A stretch of DNA of 64,000 nt. Source: Octopus bimaculoides (Eukaryota). Shown here one piece after another: positions 36,401 through 52,000 of this stretch (the first letter of the stretch is position 1; the number at the start of each line of letters is the position of its first letter). The stretch spans positions 159,677,188-159,741,187 of the forward strand of contig NC_068981.1 of NCBI RefSeq assembly GCF_001194135.2. Direction: 5' to 3'. Below the pieces are notes generated by a model, which saw nothing but the letters and a program-made list of their open reading frames with translations, was not told where the DNA came from and did not search any database. A program made the position numbers and the translations under genes.

Positions 36401-39400
36401 GAAATTTTACTCCTACTTTTTGATTAAAATAAACTCATACACTACATGATCATCAATTGCTTTCTTTCTGATATTTCATTAGAAATATTGAAATACTTAA
36501 GTAAAAATTTTGATAGACTGCTCATGAATAAAAAAAATGCTAAATTTTGTAAATGCCTCTATGCACAGAAATTGCAACAAATCTAAAAATATGTGTATGT
36601 TGATATATGCACTAATACAATTTGATATTTGTGAAAGTACATTTATTAAGAAGATAGCTTGCAGACAAGTCACTCATTTGAAAGCCCCAAAGAAAAAGTA
36701 ATATTTATACAAAGCAGACAATGTAACATTGAGGACACATATACTTAACCTTAATGACACTAATTCGGTGAATCAATATTGATCATGAGTATTGGTTCTA
36801 GCACTAGAAACTGAGGAAGGTGCTCAGTGTGCATGTGCATAAAATATAGATTGCACTCACCTGCTTCTCCTTCATCAAAGCCACTATGATCATCACCTAA
36901 ATACCATATTGGGAGTATACTATCAGAGCAGTAAGGGAATGAGCAGTGCTTATTCCAAAGCAATATATAATGCACTTAAATGCAAAATTCGACAAAAGTA
37001 TGCATAACTGCACCTATCTAATTGAACTTGTGTGGCTAGTGAAAGAAAACCCACTATTGCTGAATAAATCTCTAAGCAGAAAAAAAATACAAGCAACCTG
37101 ATTGAAAAGAAGTTAAAGCCTTCTTCTGTGTGTGCGTGTGTGTGTATCTGTATGTATGTGAAGTTATATATATATTTATGTGTGCGTGCGTGTGTGCGTA
37201 TTCTTTTATTTGTTTTAGTCATTTGAGTGCGGCCATGATGGAGCAACACCTTGAAGGGTTTTAGTTGAACAAATCTACCCCAGGACTTATTTCTTAAGCC
37301 TGGTACTTATTCTATCAGTCTCTCTTGCCAAACAGCTAAGTTACAGGGATATAAACACACCGACACTGGTCATCAAGTGGTGATAGGATGGTGGGCAAAT
37401 ACACACAAACACATATATACAATGGGCTTCTTTCAGTTTTCATCTGCCAAATCCACTCACAAAGCTTTGGATGGCTTGAGGCTATAGAAGACACTTACTC
37501 AAGGTACCACGCAGTGGGACTGAACCTAGAACCATGTGGTTGGAAAGTTGGGAAGCAAGCTTCTTACCACACAGCCACACCTTATATATTAAGGTTAATA
37601 TATAAATTCATGTCATAACATATAGGTTCAGTCTGATGAATTATTGTTGATGATTATCAAATACATCACACTTTTCAAAATTTTGATTGTTTTTTATATT
37701 TTTTTTCATTTTGTTATTGTTGTTCTATCTTCAAACCAATTTTATTTCAATTGTAGCTGTTTACTTATAATACTAACATATTTCAGAAAGGCAAAGTTTC
37801 ATAACTTTTCATCCTATCCACTAAAAACCAAAATTTTCTCGATTTTTCTTAAGTAAACTTTGTTTCTTTCAATAATATAGGAGCTGAATACAGAAACAGA
37901 ATATTTGCTACTTCTATAAACAAAATATAAAATGAAATGAAAAATTTTTAAACAGGACAATGTATATGACAACTTTTGAAGAATACAACATTAAATTTTA
38001 CTAATTTCTGTATATTGTATGTACTGCTTAAGATAATTGAACAAGCACATAATTAAAAACTGAGACATTCACTGAAAGACCTAATGAAAACACTTGTTTA
38101 CTCATCAACTAGTGTTAGTGAGGTTAAAAGCTAAATTTTACATATATACTGAAATTTTTTAAGATAATTCATATAAGATCAATTTCATGTTCAAAAATCA
38201 GAGAAGATAAATGTTAACATGGGAAATTCCTTGCATCTTATCTTGTCTTCACATTTAGCATTAACTTTTGATTTTTAACATCTAACTTCAAATAATAAGA
38301 AAGGGCCATTTATCATTATTTTATAGTGGTTTTAGAACTAGTAGAAGTGGTTTTAGGAGGCATTTATTTACAAAATTAAATAATTACTAACAAATAAATA
38401 GCTAGAAAGATAATCAGTAAAGAAAAAAATTAATTATACTGGTGATAAAATTTTTTAGAGAATATATTAAGTTTCAAACAATCAGAAATTCACACAAAAG
38501 ATAATAATCTGTATTTTACTCAAAGAATACTAGAATATACAATTTGTGTTGATTTTTTATATTTTATTTCATACTGATGAGATAAAAGCAGTCAGTTAAT
38601 GTTCTTGAACACTTGTAAGTTAATTGTTGCAGGAAAAATATGGAAAGGGAAAGAATTTCAGATAGGTGATGTTCTGAGGAGTAGGACTTAAGCTTAAGTA
38701 AGAAGGGAAGAGTGAGGTGGGAGTGCATGAAAAGAAGTGATACAAAACTAGCAAGTTCAGAGAAGCAGATGTTACAGCTGTAGCAGTAGAAAATGCAGAA
38801 GAGATAGCACATCTATGATCTGATTTCATTGGGTTTTGGCAAGCAACTTCTTGCCAATCCAGGGGATGGCCTCCTTTTCTGTTGTGTGTGGTCTAGGATG
38901 TCTGCAGCTGCAGCACTGTCCTTGTGATGGAAGTAATACAACATTCTAGATCTCACTTTGTGAAAGGTTTGTAATTGTTGGATGCTGAGGTATTTCTTGG
39001 TCCTGACATCACATCTTTGTGATGCAATCATTGATATGCTGAAAATATGGAACTGCAAGGAGAGATTCCCACTGATTGCAAAATCTAAAATTTGTAACCT
39101 TCAGAGCTCTAGTTGATTATTGTTCAAGTTTAAGGGGAACAGGCCAAGATACCGCTTTCCAGACATATGTAGTGATTGTGTCTGTGGGCTGTTGAAGCAT
39201 AAAGAACACTAAGATCTCATTGGAGAATTATTTTCTAGATCTCTAACTCAATTAGTCAATGCAAATTTGGCATGAGGTGCTAGGGTTGTGTGTAGATGAC
39301 ACTTTGGTATGAAAGGTTAGAGAGGAATGAAGGAAAGTAACATTTGCACATCCACATAAGAATAGGCATTGATGGTGGTGATTCATCATCATCATCATCA

Positions 39401-42400
39401 TTGTTTAACATCTGCTTTCCATGCTGGCATGGATTGGATGGTTTGACTGAGGATGGTGAGCCAAAGGCTGTACCAGGCTCAATCTGATCTGGCAAAGTTT
39501 CTACAGCTGGATGCCCTTCCTAACGCCAACCACTCCGAGAGTGTAGTGGGTGCTTTTAGATGCCACAGGCACAAGGGCCAGTCAGGCGGTTCTGGCAGCG
39601 ACCATGCTCAAAAGATGTTTTTACGTGCTACCTGCACGTGAGCCAGTCCGGCGGCACTGGCAACAACTACGCTCAAATGTTGTTTTTGTTGATCTATATA
39701 AGGGGAAGACTGGGTGGGAGAAGCCAAACGTTAGGTATCTCAGAGTTAATAAAGGCTGAGTCAGACAGAGCTGCATCAGAATGTTTTAATAGTGGATCTC
39801 ACAAGAAACCTCCAATCCATGAGACAAGAAACACAGTTTCATCAAATTTCTCAAGTGTGAAAATATACTGGCAAGACAGGAGACTGGATCTTGGTAGAAC
39901 TCTACAAAAGCCATATTAGTAGTCATTTAGTTGGAGAGAGAAATTCAAGGAAATGGAGAAGATGAGTATTAATGATTCGCTCTATCATCTGTGAAATGCT
40001 GAAAGTGAAGGCAATAAATCACTATGTGGCAGAGTCAGAGGAATTGCCCCTCTTGGGAATGGAACACACTTGAGAGAGAGAGACTGAAGAGATTGACAAG
40101 GATAAGAGTGAGCCTTGAATGTAATGTTTAAGGGCAATGCAAAGAACATAGTCAGACCCAGTGGACTTATTGGTTTGAAGCAATCTGGGGTATTTTTGCA
40201 TTTGGCATGTATCTAAAGATAGTGGTGAGCCTGGTAGAATATAGAAATAGAGTTTTTGGAGGAAATTTATCTAGTGCTTGCAATGTGAAAATGGATGTAA
40301 ATTGGGTAACAAATATAGGGTTTTCTTTGTATTAGTATTGCTTACAGACCAACATGGTTAAGTAGAGTCCACAAAGTTGGTAGAGATCTTTTGGCAAGGA
40401 ACCAAAATGATCAGTTATAGTTTGGTAGACAGAACTTGTAGGCTGTGAGATGCATAGAAGCATCCTTCATTGTTTCTAGTGATGGTCTTACAGATGTTGC
40501 AGTAGTAAGGTTTCTACTGGGTAGTAAGGTTTCTCTAGGCCTTGTAGGCCATATTCTTTGCTTGAACTGTAATAATGCAGTTAGTGAAATACTTGAGGGA
40601 TTTTGAGTTATGAAACTTTTTTTTTTTTATGCATGAGATGCCTATTTCAAAATCAAAGGTGAAGCACATGCAATACCATGAATAGAAAGCACAGAACTGG
40701 AACTCCAACAAGTCAGGTGACCTGAAGTTCCAGAGGGTCCAGGAGGGGTGAAATTGTTGTGGATGAGTAGCTAATGAGAATAAGGCAGTAGTTAGGTGAC
40801 CTGATGGGTGCAGATACAGTGACAGTATGACAGAAGCTGGCTTTGGAAGTGAGAAAAGAGAACAAGGGTGTTTAATGTGCCAGTGCATTGATAAGACAAG
40901 CAAATGACATTTATTGTTGTATTTTATATTGTTTCGCAACATTAAACTGTTTGAGAAAATCATCATCATTTAACGTCCGTTTTCCATGCTGGCATGGGTT
41001 GGACAGTTTGACTGGAAACTGGTAAGCTGGAGAGCTGCACCAGGTTCCAATCTGATTATAATTAAGTGAAAATTTTGCTAATGGTTTAGCAACATTTTCA
41101 AAACAATTTGATCTTGATTTTCTTGTATAACAATGAGAAAAATGAAATTTTAACAACAGAAAAGTGAAGCCACTTTCCCTGACTTTACTATAGTATTGAG
41201 AGTTTGAAATTGGGTTCTGTTTTTTCATTCCCTTACTAACAAAGGAAAAAATTTCTTCTACACATTATTTTGGAGTTATACTTGTTTGACTCAATCAGAG
41301 ATCATGTGGGGAACTTGAATCAATTACAATAGTGTCGGTGACCAGCTCAAAGATATACAGCAGGGTTTCTCAAACATTTTTTATGTATGAACCCCTTTAA
41401 TTACTATTTTATTCTGGTGGACCCCAATAGCCATTCAATGTTTCAAAACTAGTTTTATAGAAACTTCTTTCAAAATTCTTATTTTAGGTTTCAGACATTA
41501 ACTTGTGTAGGTTGAACAATGTAAAGTGTTAAAGAAAGAGACCAATCTGTTGCTTGAAATACATACCAATGCATACATCTAAAGTGAAATTTTTTCAGAG
41601 ACCCTTAAAATACTATCATGGGTTTCCAATTTATCATTTTGTTGTGTGGACCCCCAAAAAATCTTTCATAGACTCTCAGGGGCCATATGGACCCTGGCTG
41701 AGAACCACTGATATACAGTATGTACAGCTTTGATATTTTAAGTGCCTGCGGCATGTGTAAGGACTTTCAAGCGAGATCGTTGCCAGTGCCCCTGGACTGG
41801 CTCTTGTGCGGGTGGCACATAAAATACACCATTTTGAGCATGGCCGTTGCCAGTACTGCCTGACTGGCCTTCATGCGGGTGACACGTAAAAGCACCCACT
41901 ACACTCTCTGAATGGTTGGCGTTAGGAAGGGCATTCAGCTGTAGAAACTCTGCCAAATCAGATTGGAGCCTGGTGTAGCCATCTGGTTTCACCAATCCTC
42001 AGTCAAATCGTCCAACCCATGCTAGCAAGGAAAGCGGACGTTAAACGACGATGATGATGAATATAACAACGGAAAAGAATATAACAGTATATGTATGCTT
42101 TTGAGTGGCTATCATGACGTGTTCAATATGTGTGTGTTATGTTATATATAACATTTCAGTTTTATTAACTCATGATGCATGCCAGCTAATGGCATTCATC
42201 AGATAAAGCATTTTGTCTTTTAAAATTCTTTAAATGTTGATTTCAGGTCACACAGATTGGCGTTCTGTGTACAGCAAGTAATGGATTCTGCAACAGCTAC
42301 ATCTTCATAATTTGGATGGTGAAATCTTACAAAATTTTGGATGGTAGTTGTTTCTGTAACAGCATTCTATAAACTAGTAGAAACATTTCAATTAATTTCT

Positions 42401-43022
42401 TCTTGCTTCCTACATTAGAATAGAATGATACTCAAAACCTTGCGCAGATCTCTACATTTCACAATTTGAATAAGCCATACACTCGATGAAGTCACTATCA
42501 ATAAATTATAAGAACTAGTGTGTGTGTATTTGTATCATCATCATCATCGTTTAATGTTCGCTTTCCATGCTGGCATGGGTTAGACGATTTGACTGAGGAC
42601 TGGCGAACTAGATAGCTGCACCAGCCTCCAATCTGATCTTGCAGAGTTTCTACAGCTGGATGCCCTTCCTAACGCCAACCACTCCAAGAATGTAGTGGGT
42701 GCATTTACGACCCACCGGCACGAGGGCCAGTCAGGCGGTACTGGCAACAGCCACGCTCAAAATTGTGTTTTTTACATGCCACCTGCACAGGAGCCAGTCT
42801 AGCGGCACTGGCAACGACCTCTCTTGAATGTTGATAAGCATAGCATATCTCAAAAGGTCTCGGTCACTAGTCATTGCCTCAGTAAGGCCCAATGTTCGAA
42901 GGTCATGCTTCACCACCTCATCCCAGGTTTTCCTGGGTCTACCTCTTTCACAGGTTCTCTCATACATATATATATATATATATATATGTATGAGAGAACC
43001 TGTGAAAGAGGTNNNNNNNNNN

Positions 43023-43079
<57 letters not shown>

Positions 43080-46000
43080 ATGAAATTTTTACATCAACTT
43101 AAAAATGATGATGATTATATAAATATAAGATTTTTATATCAAAACTGTTTCTGAGCTGTTTAATGTGCTCTATATCAATTTTTGGGTGAGGCTATTTTAT
43201 AAACTAATTCTTGTAATATAATCTTTCAAATAAATAAAAAAAATTCTAGTTTTAGGAGAGGGGATTGATATAAAAAAAAAACCAGAGTGTTAACACAGCC
43301 AAATCTAATATACTAGTTGTCATTGTTGTGACTCAAAAGCCCAGGAGCAACAAGAATTGGTATTTGATTGATATGCTAAAGATGCAAGAATAGTTACACA
43401 AACAATCAGATCTCTGTCTCGCAACAAGATATCAAGGCTTTAACCAAAACACTGGGGTTGCTAACAATACAAGGAATTTTAAAATGAAATTAAGAAGTAC
43501 ACAGTTCACTGGAAATTGAAAATAATAAATTCTGACAATTAGTACAAGAGGTAGATCTAGTAAATAGTATGGAGACTAAAGTTAGCTAGCTTCAAAAATA
43601 TATTACTGTATAGCAAAGAAATGGATTCTCTGTTTGTGTTACATACCAGAGATCTGTTTGTGTATCTCTACATAAAGCAATATAAACAATATATAAAGCA
43701 GTGAAATATAGACAGCAACTATAAAAGATCTGCACTGTCAGCAGTGATTTATTGGATGTGCAATATTGCAAGATGGAGTGTAAATGAGTTGGGAAAGTGA
43801 TGTATCCTCATTAATGTTGAGTTCAACAATTAGAAACATCATAGGGCCTAGAATTGTGCCATTTTTTTTTTTTTTGTTCAACTCTAATAATCAATTGTAA
43901 ATTGCTGAGTATAGCATTTGTGTATAGAAAAAAATAACTATTTTTTTATTAAAAAAAATTGTTTATATAATTTTATAAAATGACTAAAGCTTTATAAACA
44001 CTTACAGTCATTGATTCTATAACACAGGTTGCACTTCCATCGAGTACGATCCACAAAACTTATAAAAGGATTGATGTATGTGCGACAGGAACGACAACGT
44101 ACAATCACAGTGGATGTTATCACAGGCAGCTGCTGCAAAATACATAACAAAAACAACAGTTATAGGAAAAAGACCCACACACATGTAAAATAAATGCCTA
44201 ATTTTCAATGCATTAAGTAACAAGCTGAAACAGTATTTTTTTAATTACATTTAACTCAGATAAATTCAACAGATAAATGAATGGGATGAAAATGGTAAAA
44301 TGGATTAAAATTTCTATAATCTTTCACCAGAAATGATAAAAACAAGGTTAACCTCATATAAAATATAGCAATGAAGAATTCACTACATCAAATGAAGGGG
44401 GGAAAGATGTGGAGAATCCTTTAAAGTAAAAAGAGAATGCTCTGGTTTTCACCAAGTTAACAATCAGTAGGAACTTGTGAATCTGGCAAAAATCACACCA
44501 AATCTGTAAGTCATGAAACCAATTATACTTGTTTCTATCAACCAAGGAAAAGACTACATCATTTTTAGGATACATACAAGTGTCTGAGAAACAGTCTCAT
44601 ACAATCTAGTCATCATTCTTGCCATTTTAACAAACATTTTTCTATGTAGGAATGGATTGAGTAGATCATCATATAATTTCCATTCACCATCTCAATCCTT
44701 GTTATATCGGGACTTTAAAGATTAAGGTCTTAAGAGCTGACCTTAACTCATTTCTACTTCCTGAATCATCTACTACAAATATATTCCACTGTCAGCAAGC
44801 AGCACCTTTTCATTCATTGTCTATATCAGAGAAGTCGTTTCATAAATCCATTAGCTTCAACTGTTCTTGCAACCAACCAAGTTAAAGATACACATTAAAC
44901 AGCCCACACTTGATTTATTTTCCTCTGCCTTGACAAAGTTTCTACAATTTATACCTGAATCTCAAAACAATGCAGTGCAACAAGCCTTACACAAACTTCA
45001 TATCTACTTTTACATCAAGGAAAAAAATAACCTTTTGTTGTTAACGAAGGTGATAGCACCCCACATTTCTTTCCTACATGTCTTAAGTCACCTAGGTTGT
45101 TAATGTGGGTATTCTGAACAGTTATCTATTTTTCTGTCACAGAAGTCCTAGTCCTCAGTTAATCTGTCAGAGATTCTGTTGCAATCTTTGTACTTGATGT
45201 TAGTCAAAAATAGGAATTTTATATTTTTACAGAGGGTACTCATCATCCCAAGTAATTTCCAACTATCAAATGCTCCCTATATCAACTCTAATTAATATTT
45301 AATGGTTGTTTATTCACATTTCACACTGGCATTGGAAATGCTAAAAAGAAGTTATGGTCCCGTGGTCTGTCAATATCAGAGGGTAGTGAGTAGTCAGAAT
45401 CATTTGGTATTTGGCTATAGTCTTATATGTTATGAGTTCAAATCTTACTAAGATCAACTTTGCCTTTCATCTTTCAAGAGTTCCCAAAATAAAATACCAG
45501 TCCAGTGCTGGATGTAAATATATCTGGCTATCTACACCCAAAATACTTGGCCTTGTGCCAATATTAAAAATTAGTATTGTAGTAAAGTAGCTTTCAACAA
45601 ACTCTTCACTATATTTAAAATGGTTGCTATACTTCATACCCAAAATCTTAGGTCAAATATCTCATAATTGAATTATGAAATTTAACCCAAACCATCACAT
45701 TGAACAACTTATGTCTGCATGTACAGAGTGCTTATCAGATATCTCTAAGATTGTTCTTGAAGAGGCAACTGGAGCAATTCAACAACTAATCCAGCACCAA
45801 CAAAAGGCAATTATGGCTGGCATACCATAAGAAATTTCACATTTTAAAATATAAATTTTGTCCTCCCACAGGACAACTGGCATAGGTGTGTTTACATCCC
45901 TCTAACTTAGAGTTTTGGTAAAGGAGACCAATAGAATAAGTACCAGGCTTAACATAAAATAAGTACTAGGGTTTAATTCATTCAACTAATGACCGAAACA

Positions 46001-49000
46001 ACTAGAAGATAAAAGTAAAAAGATAATCATCAATGCTGTTCACAACTTTAACATTTAATTAAAATTTTAAAAAGACCTTTTCATTGCTACAGATAATTAT
46101 GACAATAGGCAAATACAGTTGAGTGATTAACATGCTGAACTTCTGAATCATAAGGATCATGAGTCAAACCCTGATAGGAGGAATGAGTTTGGTGAAGTAC
46201 ATCACAATCTATCTAGGAGAAAATGGTAATTTGACTAAAATTTAATAAATTGAGGAAAAAAAAAAAGTTAACAAAAATAAATTACTGAGAAGATTTTAAT
46301 TTAAATTGGTAAGTACATCAGTAAGAGCAAAGGTGAAACAGATGTTTAGCATAGCCAACAATTGTTTATCAATCAACAACAATTATCTGGAAACCAATGA
46401 CGAAACTGTTGGAGATTATGATACATTTCATAAACAACTCATCATTCTACGTTCATTTAGCAGATTAAACAACAACAACAATAATAGTAAGGCTGTAAAG
46501 TGCTGAAAAACGTTTGACAAAAACAAAATAATACATGTAATCAGTTCAATTAATACAATGGTCAGCTTATCTCATGATACAATAATAACATTTTACAACA
46601 TAGCTATTATTAATATAGAGCAGAAGTGTCAAACTGGATCATCAAATTTCCAAGTTCAAATCCCACTAATATACACCGACTTTCATCACCCAGAAACAAC
46701 AACAACAACAACAACGATACCACCACCACCAGGTCAACCCTCATCTAGAAGATCTATGATCAAAAATATTTCAGTTATTACTATGCCATCTAGTTGTTAT
46801 TTCTAGCAAGGTGAGCAACCATAAAAGCTCCCCACTTATTGGCTCAATAAATACTAGTACAATAATAGCGTACTGAAGTTTGTTTCAGTTGACAATAATC
46901 TTCACTTCACACTTGAAGAGCTAGTAAAACTCATAAAGAAAATACTACGTACCGTAAGATCTTTAAATGGATGGATAATTACTCCTAATGGTAATCGAGA
47001 TTTGGTCAATAACGCTGCAGTCTGGGGTACAGCATTTAACGTACAACGGAATATGCTGGAAATAAAAAGGTTAAATAGCTGAAACATCTAGTAACAATGA
47101 ATTACAGTAGATAACATGATAAAGTAGGATTCAGATATCCAGTAAGTTTCAGAGATAGCGATTATTCTAGTATAGGTTTCATCCATTAGACAATAAGAAG
47201 CTGTTAAAAATACTTGAAAAGGTATATGTGCTTATTGTTTTAGCTAAAAAGTGTTGCAGTATATTGTTCTTTTTATACTTTCTTCATCACCATCATCATT
47301 TAATGTCCGCTGTCCATACTGCTATGGCTTGGATGGCTTGACCAGAGCTGGCAAGCTGGGGAACTGCACCAGACTCCAGTCTGATTTGGCATGGTTTCTA
47401 CAGCTGGATGCCCTTCCGAAAACCAACCACTTTACAGAGTGTGCTGGATGTTTTTACGTTGCACCACACAGGCGGTTTTACATGGCACTGCACAGGTGCT
47501 TTTACGTGGTACTGCCATGAGCACTTTTCACCACTAGAGGGACCAGTCTTAACACTTCTACTATGGAGCATGGGTCTTCTTGAGTACAGCAAGGCACCTG
47601 GCATCTCAGTCCTTTGTCATCTCTCCTGAAAGGTTCAAAGTCCTGAGGTCATTCTTCAGTACTTCATCTCATGTCCTTCCTGGGTTTCCTACTTCCCATG
47701 TGTTCCATCTACTTTGAGAGATTGGAACTTCTGTTATAGAGCTGTTGGCATCCATCCAAATCACATGACCAAACTAGTGCAGTCTTCTCTCTTGCATACA
47801 GCAATTAATTCCTTTTATGCCTAACTTCTCTCTCAATGATTAATGCTGTAATTCTTCACCATGACCTAAGAAATTTTATATGTATCATATGAAAGACTGA
47901 GAAGGAAAGATAAAAGTAAAGTGAAAAAAATGAAGTTAGTTTGGTTCATTTCCAGCATACTTAAATATTCTTTTATCGTAACAACATAGCATATACACAC
48001 AAACAGCTGTGTAGAGATGGAGTTTGCTTCATAACCCTACAGCATCTTGGATAAGTATCTTTTACTAAAACCCAAGACCAACCAATGTTTTGTGAGGGAA
48101 ATGGTAGACAGAAACCCTATAGAGGACTGTTGTGTGTGTTTGTAGTACAAACTAGCCTGTCCTGATTCCATTTATGCAGATACTCTAACAAGGATCTGGA
48201 ATAGTCTGTTATGTCTGACCCAAGTTGAAAATTCTGATATTGTGCATCTCTTCTAAGCATAATAGTTTGTGTGTTTGTGTGTGCGTGCGTGCGTGCATGA
48301 ACATATCAATCTTGAACCAACCTGACACTGTCATTTTGAAATTCGATTTAAGCTTGTGCTTGCTGAATGTTTTGCTATAACCTCTTAGTAGAAGAAGGCT
48401 GGTTTGATTTCACAGAAACCTACTCCATATTATTTATGGATGCTCTATATTTTGCCAAGTACAGAGAATCCATTATTACAATCCACAATAACTGACATAA
48501 GGACAAGCTTTTGTCTACTTGTGCTTCACTTGAATGAGATGAGATAAATAAAAACCCATATCCACAAACTATATTTTCCACAAAATCTTTGGAGGTAAAA
48601 TATAAATATCAAGTGCTACTCACTCTGGACTTGCATTTGTTTTACTAAATTCATATGGTAAACAGTTAATAGGTGTCTCAACTCCTTCTGGGCCGATGAG
48701 TTTTCGTTGCTGCATCAAATCAACGACATCACTAATAGTGTCCTATGAAATAAATAGAAATGTAATCACTTAATACAGAATAACAATTATCTTCTATTTT
48801 TTACTTGTTTCAGTCACTTGACTGCAGCCATTCTGGGGCGGGCACTGCTTGAAGGGTTTTACTTGAACAAATTGACCCCAGGACATTTTTTTTAAAGCTT
48901 ACTATTTATTCTATCAGTCTCTTTTGCCAAACTGCTAAGTCACATGGACATAAATACACCAGCACAAAGACACACACACACACACATATACATGTGCATG

Positions 49001-49006
49001 TGTGTG

Positions 49007-49040
<34 letters not shown>

Positions 49041-52000
49041 GAGCTTCTCAGCTTGTCTACCAAATCCATTCATGAGGCTTTGATCAGCCCAAGGTTACAG
49101 TAGAAAACATTTGCCTAAGGTGCCACATAGGGACTGAACCTGGAACCATGTGATTGGGAAGCAAGCTTCTTACCACACAGTCACATTAATATTTACTGTG
49201 TTCCATATATAGTTACATGGTTCAGTATACAAAACAGTTTGTATTTCCTTCACATGTGTTTTAGTGTATTAATTCAGTAAATGAAAAACCCCTCATGATC
49301 AGTATGCCTTGTTAAAATTAGGTAGAGAAGCACCAGGAGATCCAAATAGAAAGAAACTGTGGAAGCGGAATGAAGACCAAGCAAGACAGGAGGAGAAGTG
49401 TTGTGAGCAAATCTTAAGACACTGAATCTCACAAAAGATGTGACATTGGAAACTAAGAAGTGGTGGGATGCTGCACTGGAGAGGACCCTTCTAATCCATG
49501 CGAGCATAGAAATAAAGATGTCAAAATGATGACAATGTTCAACAAAAGAAATGAACACTTTTATTTTGCTGTAAAATTTGATTTTATTGTTACAAGGCAC
49601 TCTGCAATTTTCTGAGTTCAGTACCACTGTGTGGCACCTTGGGCAAGTATCTTCTACTATAGCCCCAGTCCAGCCAAAGCCTTGTGAGTGAATTTGTTGA
49701 AGAGAAACTAAAAAAAAAAAAACAATCATCAACATCTTCAGTTCTCTTCTTTGTTATAACCAGAAATGGCGCTGATGAAAATAGCATTAATTTTTTTTAG
49801 GTCGTTCAATTTTTCTCAATTGATCAATAGACCAATTGAGTAAAACCAATCAGTAATGTACCGATAATGACTACTGGAAAGAGTTGTAAGCCAGATTTGA
49901 TCCAATAAAGGAAAAATATGTAATGACCATCATTTTAAAATTGTTTTATATATATGTGTGTGTGTGTGTGTAAGTACTTGTGCCTCCTAACAGAGAGGGA
50001 TATCACAGCATCATCATCATCGTTTAACGTCCGCTTTCCATAAGTGTCACCATCATGCATGCAATTGTTTGTTTTCAGTCTTTTGAGAAAGCGTGTCTGG
50101 TCAGTGGGGAAATATTACCCTACTAGGAAACAGGTGAAAGAAGGTAACAGAAAGGGAATCCAGACATAGAAAATCTGCTTCAAAGGATTCTCTTTGACTC
50201 ATGTGAGTATGGAAAAGTGGTTGTTAAATGATGTTGATGATAATTTGATGATCATTATCATCATCATTATCATCAATTTGATATGCTTTTCACAGCTTGG
50301 AATAAAAATGGAACTGTTTAATTTTGTCCTATTTATGTCTCATCTTCCAAGATATTGGAAGATGGTAGTAGAAAGCCTTATTCCATATGAGACTAAATAA
50401 ATGCTTATTAAATACACTGATATGTCTCTGTTTACATATATCACAACCCAAGCTGCATTGGTACTCAGCTTATCAGTGTTAGGCACTTAACTTTGTACTA
50501 TTACATAAATGAGTTTTAGCATTTAAAGCTCTTCTTAGGACTTTAAAGATCACCTCTTCTAATGTTCCCTCCCCTCTCAAAGGTTCTCTGTCTTGCAAGT
50601 TACTTGGTGACCCTGGATGGTACTGGTGCCACATAAAAAAGCATTTAGTCCACACAGTAAAGTGGTTGGCATTTGGAAGGGCATCCAGCTGTAAAACCAT
50701 GCCAAAACTGACCTCGCCTGTGCTGTTGCTATGTAAAAAGCACTCAGTCCATTCTGTGGGGTGATTAGCGTTAGGATGGGCATCAAGCTGTAAAAACTGC
50801 ACCAAAGCAGACACAGAAATCTGGTGCAGTCTTCTGCCTGGCTAGCTCTTTTCAAACCATCCAATCCAGGCCAGCATGGAAGGCAGACATTAAACAATGA
50901 TGATGATGGTAAAGTCTAGATCAGTAGGAAATATATATATACACATACATACAACTGCAAGTGAAATAGCTATTACTAATATATCAATCCCAGATAATAT
51001 TGACATATTGGAGTTACTGCAAACCTTACTCAATGGATATGTAGTGACACCACCACCACCACTGAATTGTTTAAGGAAATCAATGACAAATCCAACTTCG
51101 AATTTATCCAGTTTGACATTGTGTTGTTTTACCTATCAATTCCTCAAATTTTCCTCCAACAAGCACTTGAGTTCAGTAAAGTATATACAACTACTACTGA
51201 GCAACACTTATCTTGACCATATTGTAAAAGAATTTAGCAAGGTTTAGGAATTCAATGTAAAACTCGAAGCAACATGTATACAGAAGGAAGAGACAAATGA
51301 AAACTCAGATCACAATACCTTTGTACTAAGATTGCTCATTCCTCCAGTAAGACCAGCCATTCCTCCACTTGTAGAATATTGTGAACTTTGTTGTTGCTGG
51401 GGTTGATATTGTTGTGGTTGTTGAGGATGTATTGACTGTTGCAATTGTTGTGGAGGTTGCTGCATCTGTTGTGGGGGTTGTTGCAACTGTTGTGGTGCAT
51501 GCATTGGACTTCCTGAATAAACTGGGGGCATTCCTGAAGTTGACATGTTTGCTGGGTGAGCTGGAGATTGCATCTGAGAAGGCTGAAATGAAAAACAAAT
51601 TTTAATAAAGATTCTCAACTAAAAACTAGATACAACAAAAGGATTCTATCTGTATCAATGACAAATGACATTTCATTCTTGGTAATTCAAGCCTACATGT
51701 GGCAAAGTAGGCTTTGGAATTAATAAGATAGCTTCTGTAGGCTTAATGCTATTATAAACTGACTAATCCTGTACAAAACAGTAATAAGTAATAGAAGGTA
51801 CACAGTCTAAAAGTTTTGTCTCAAACCTCTTGCTAAGCAGTGTAATGGGATAATTTCAAATGTGTTAAGACAGCATACAAGAGGTTTGGTGGTTCTGTAA
51901 ATGTTAAGTATCAAAATATATGAGTAAACTGTACTGCAAATTCAATCAACTACATGTCAGAATAGAACAGTAAACAAAATATGATATGATGATGATGGTG

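Noticed and set aside
42941-43012. Perfect 72-bp palindrome centred on (TA)n
   Set aside because: It abuts an N gap and turns on a self-complementary TA run, the usual signature of an assembly-graph fold-back artefact.
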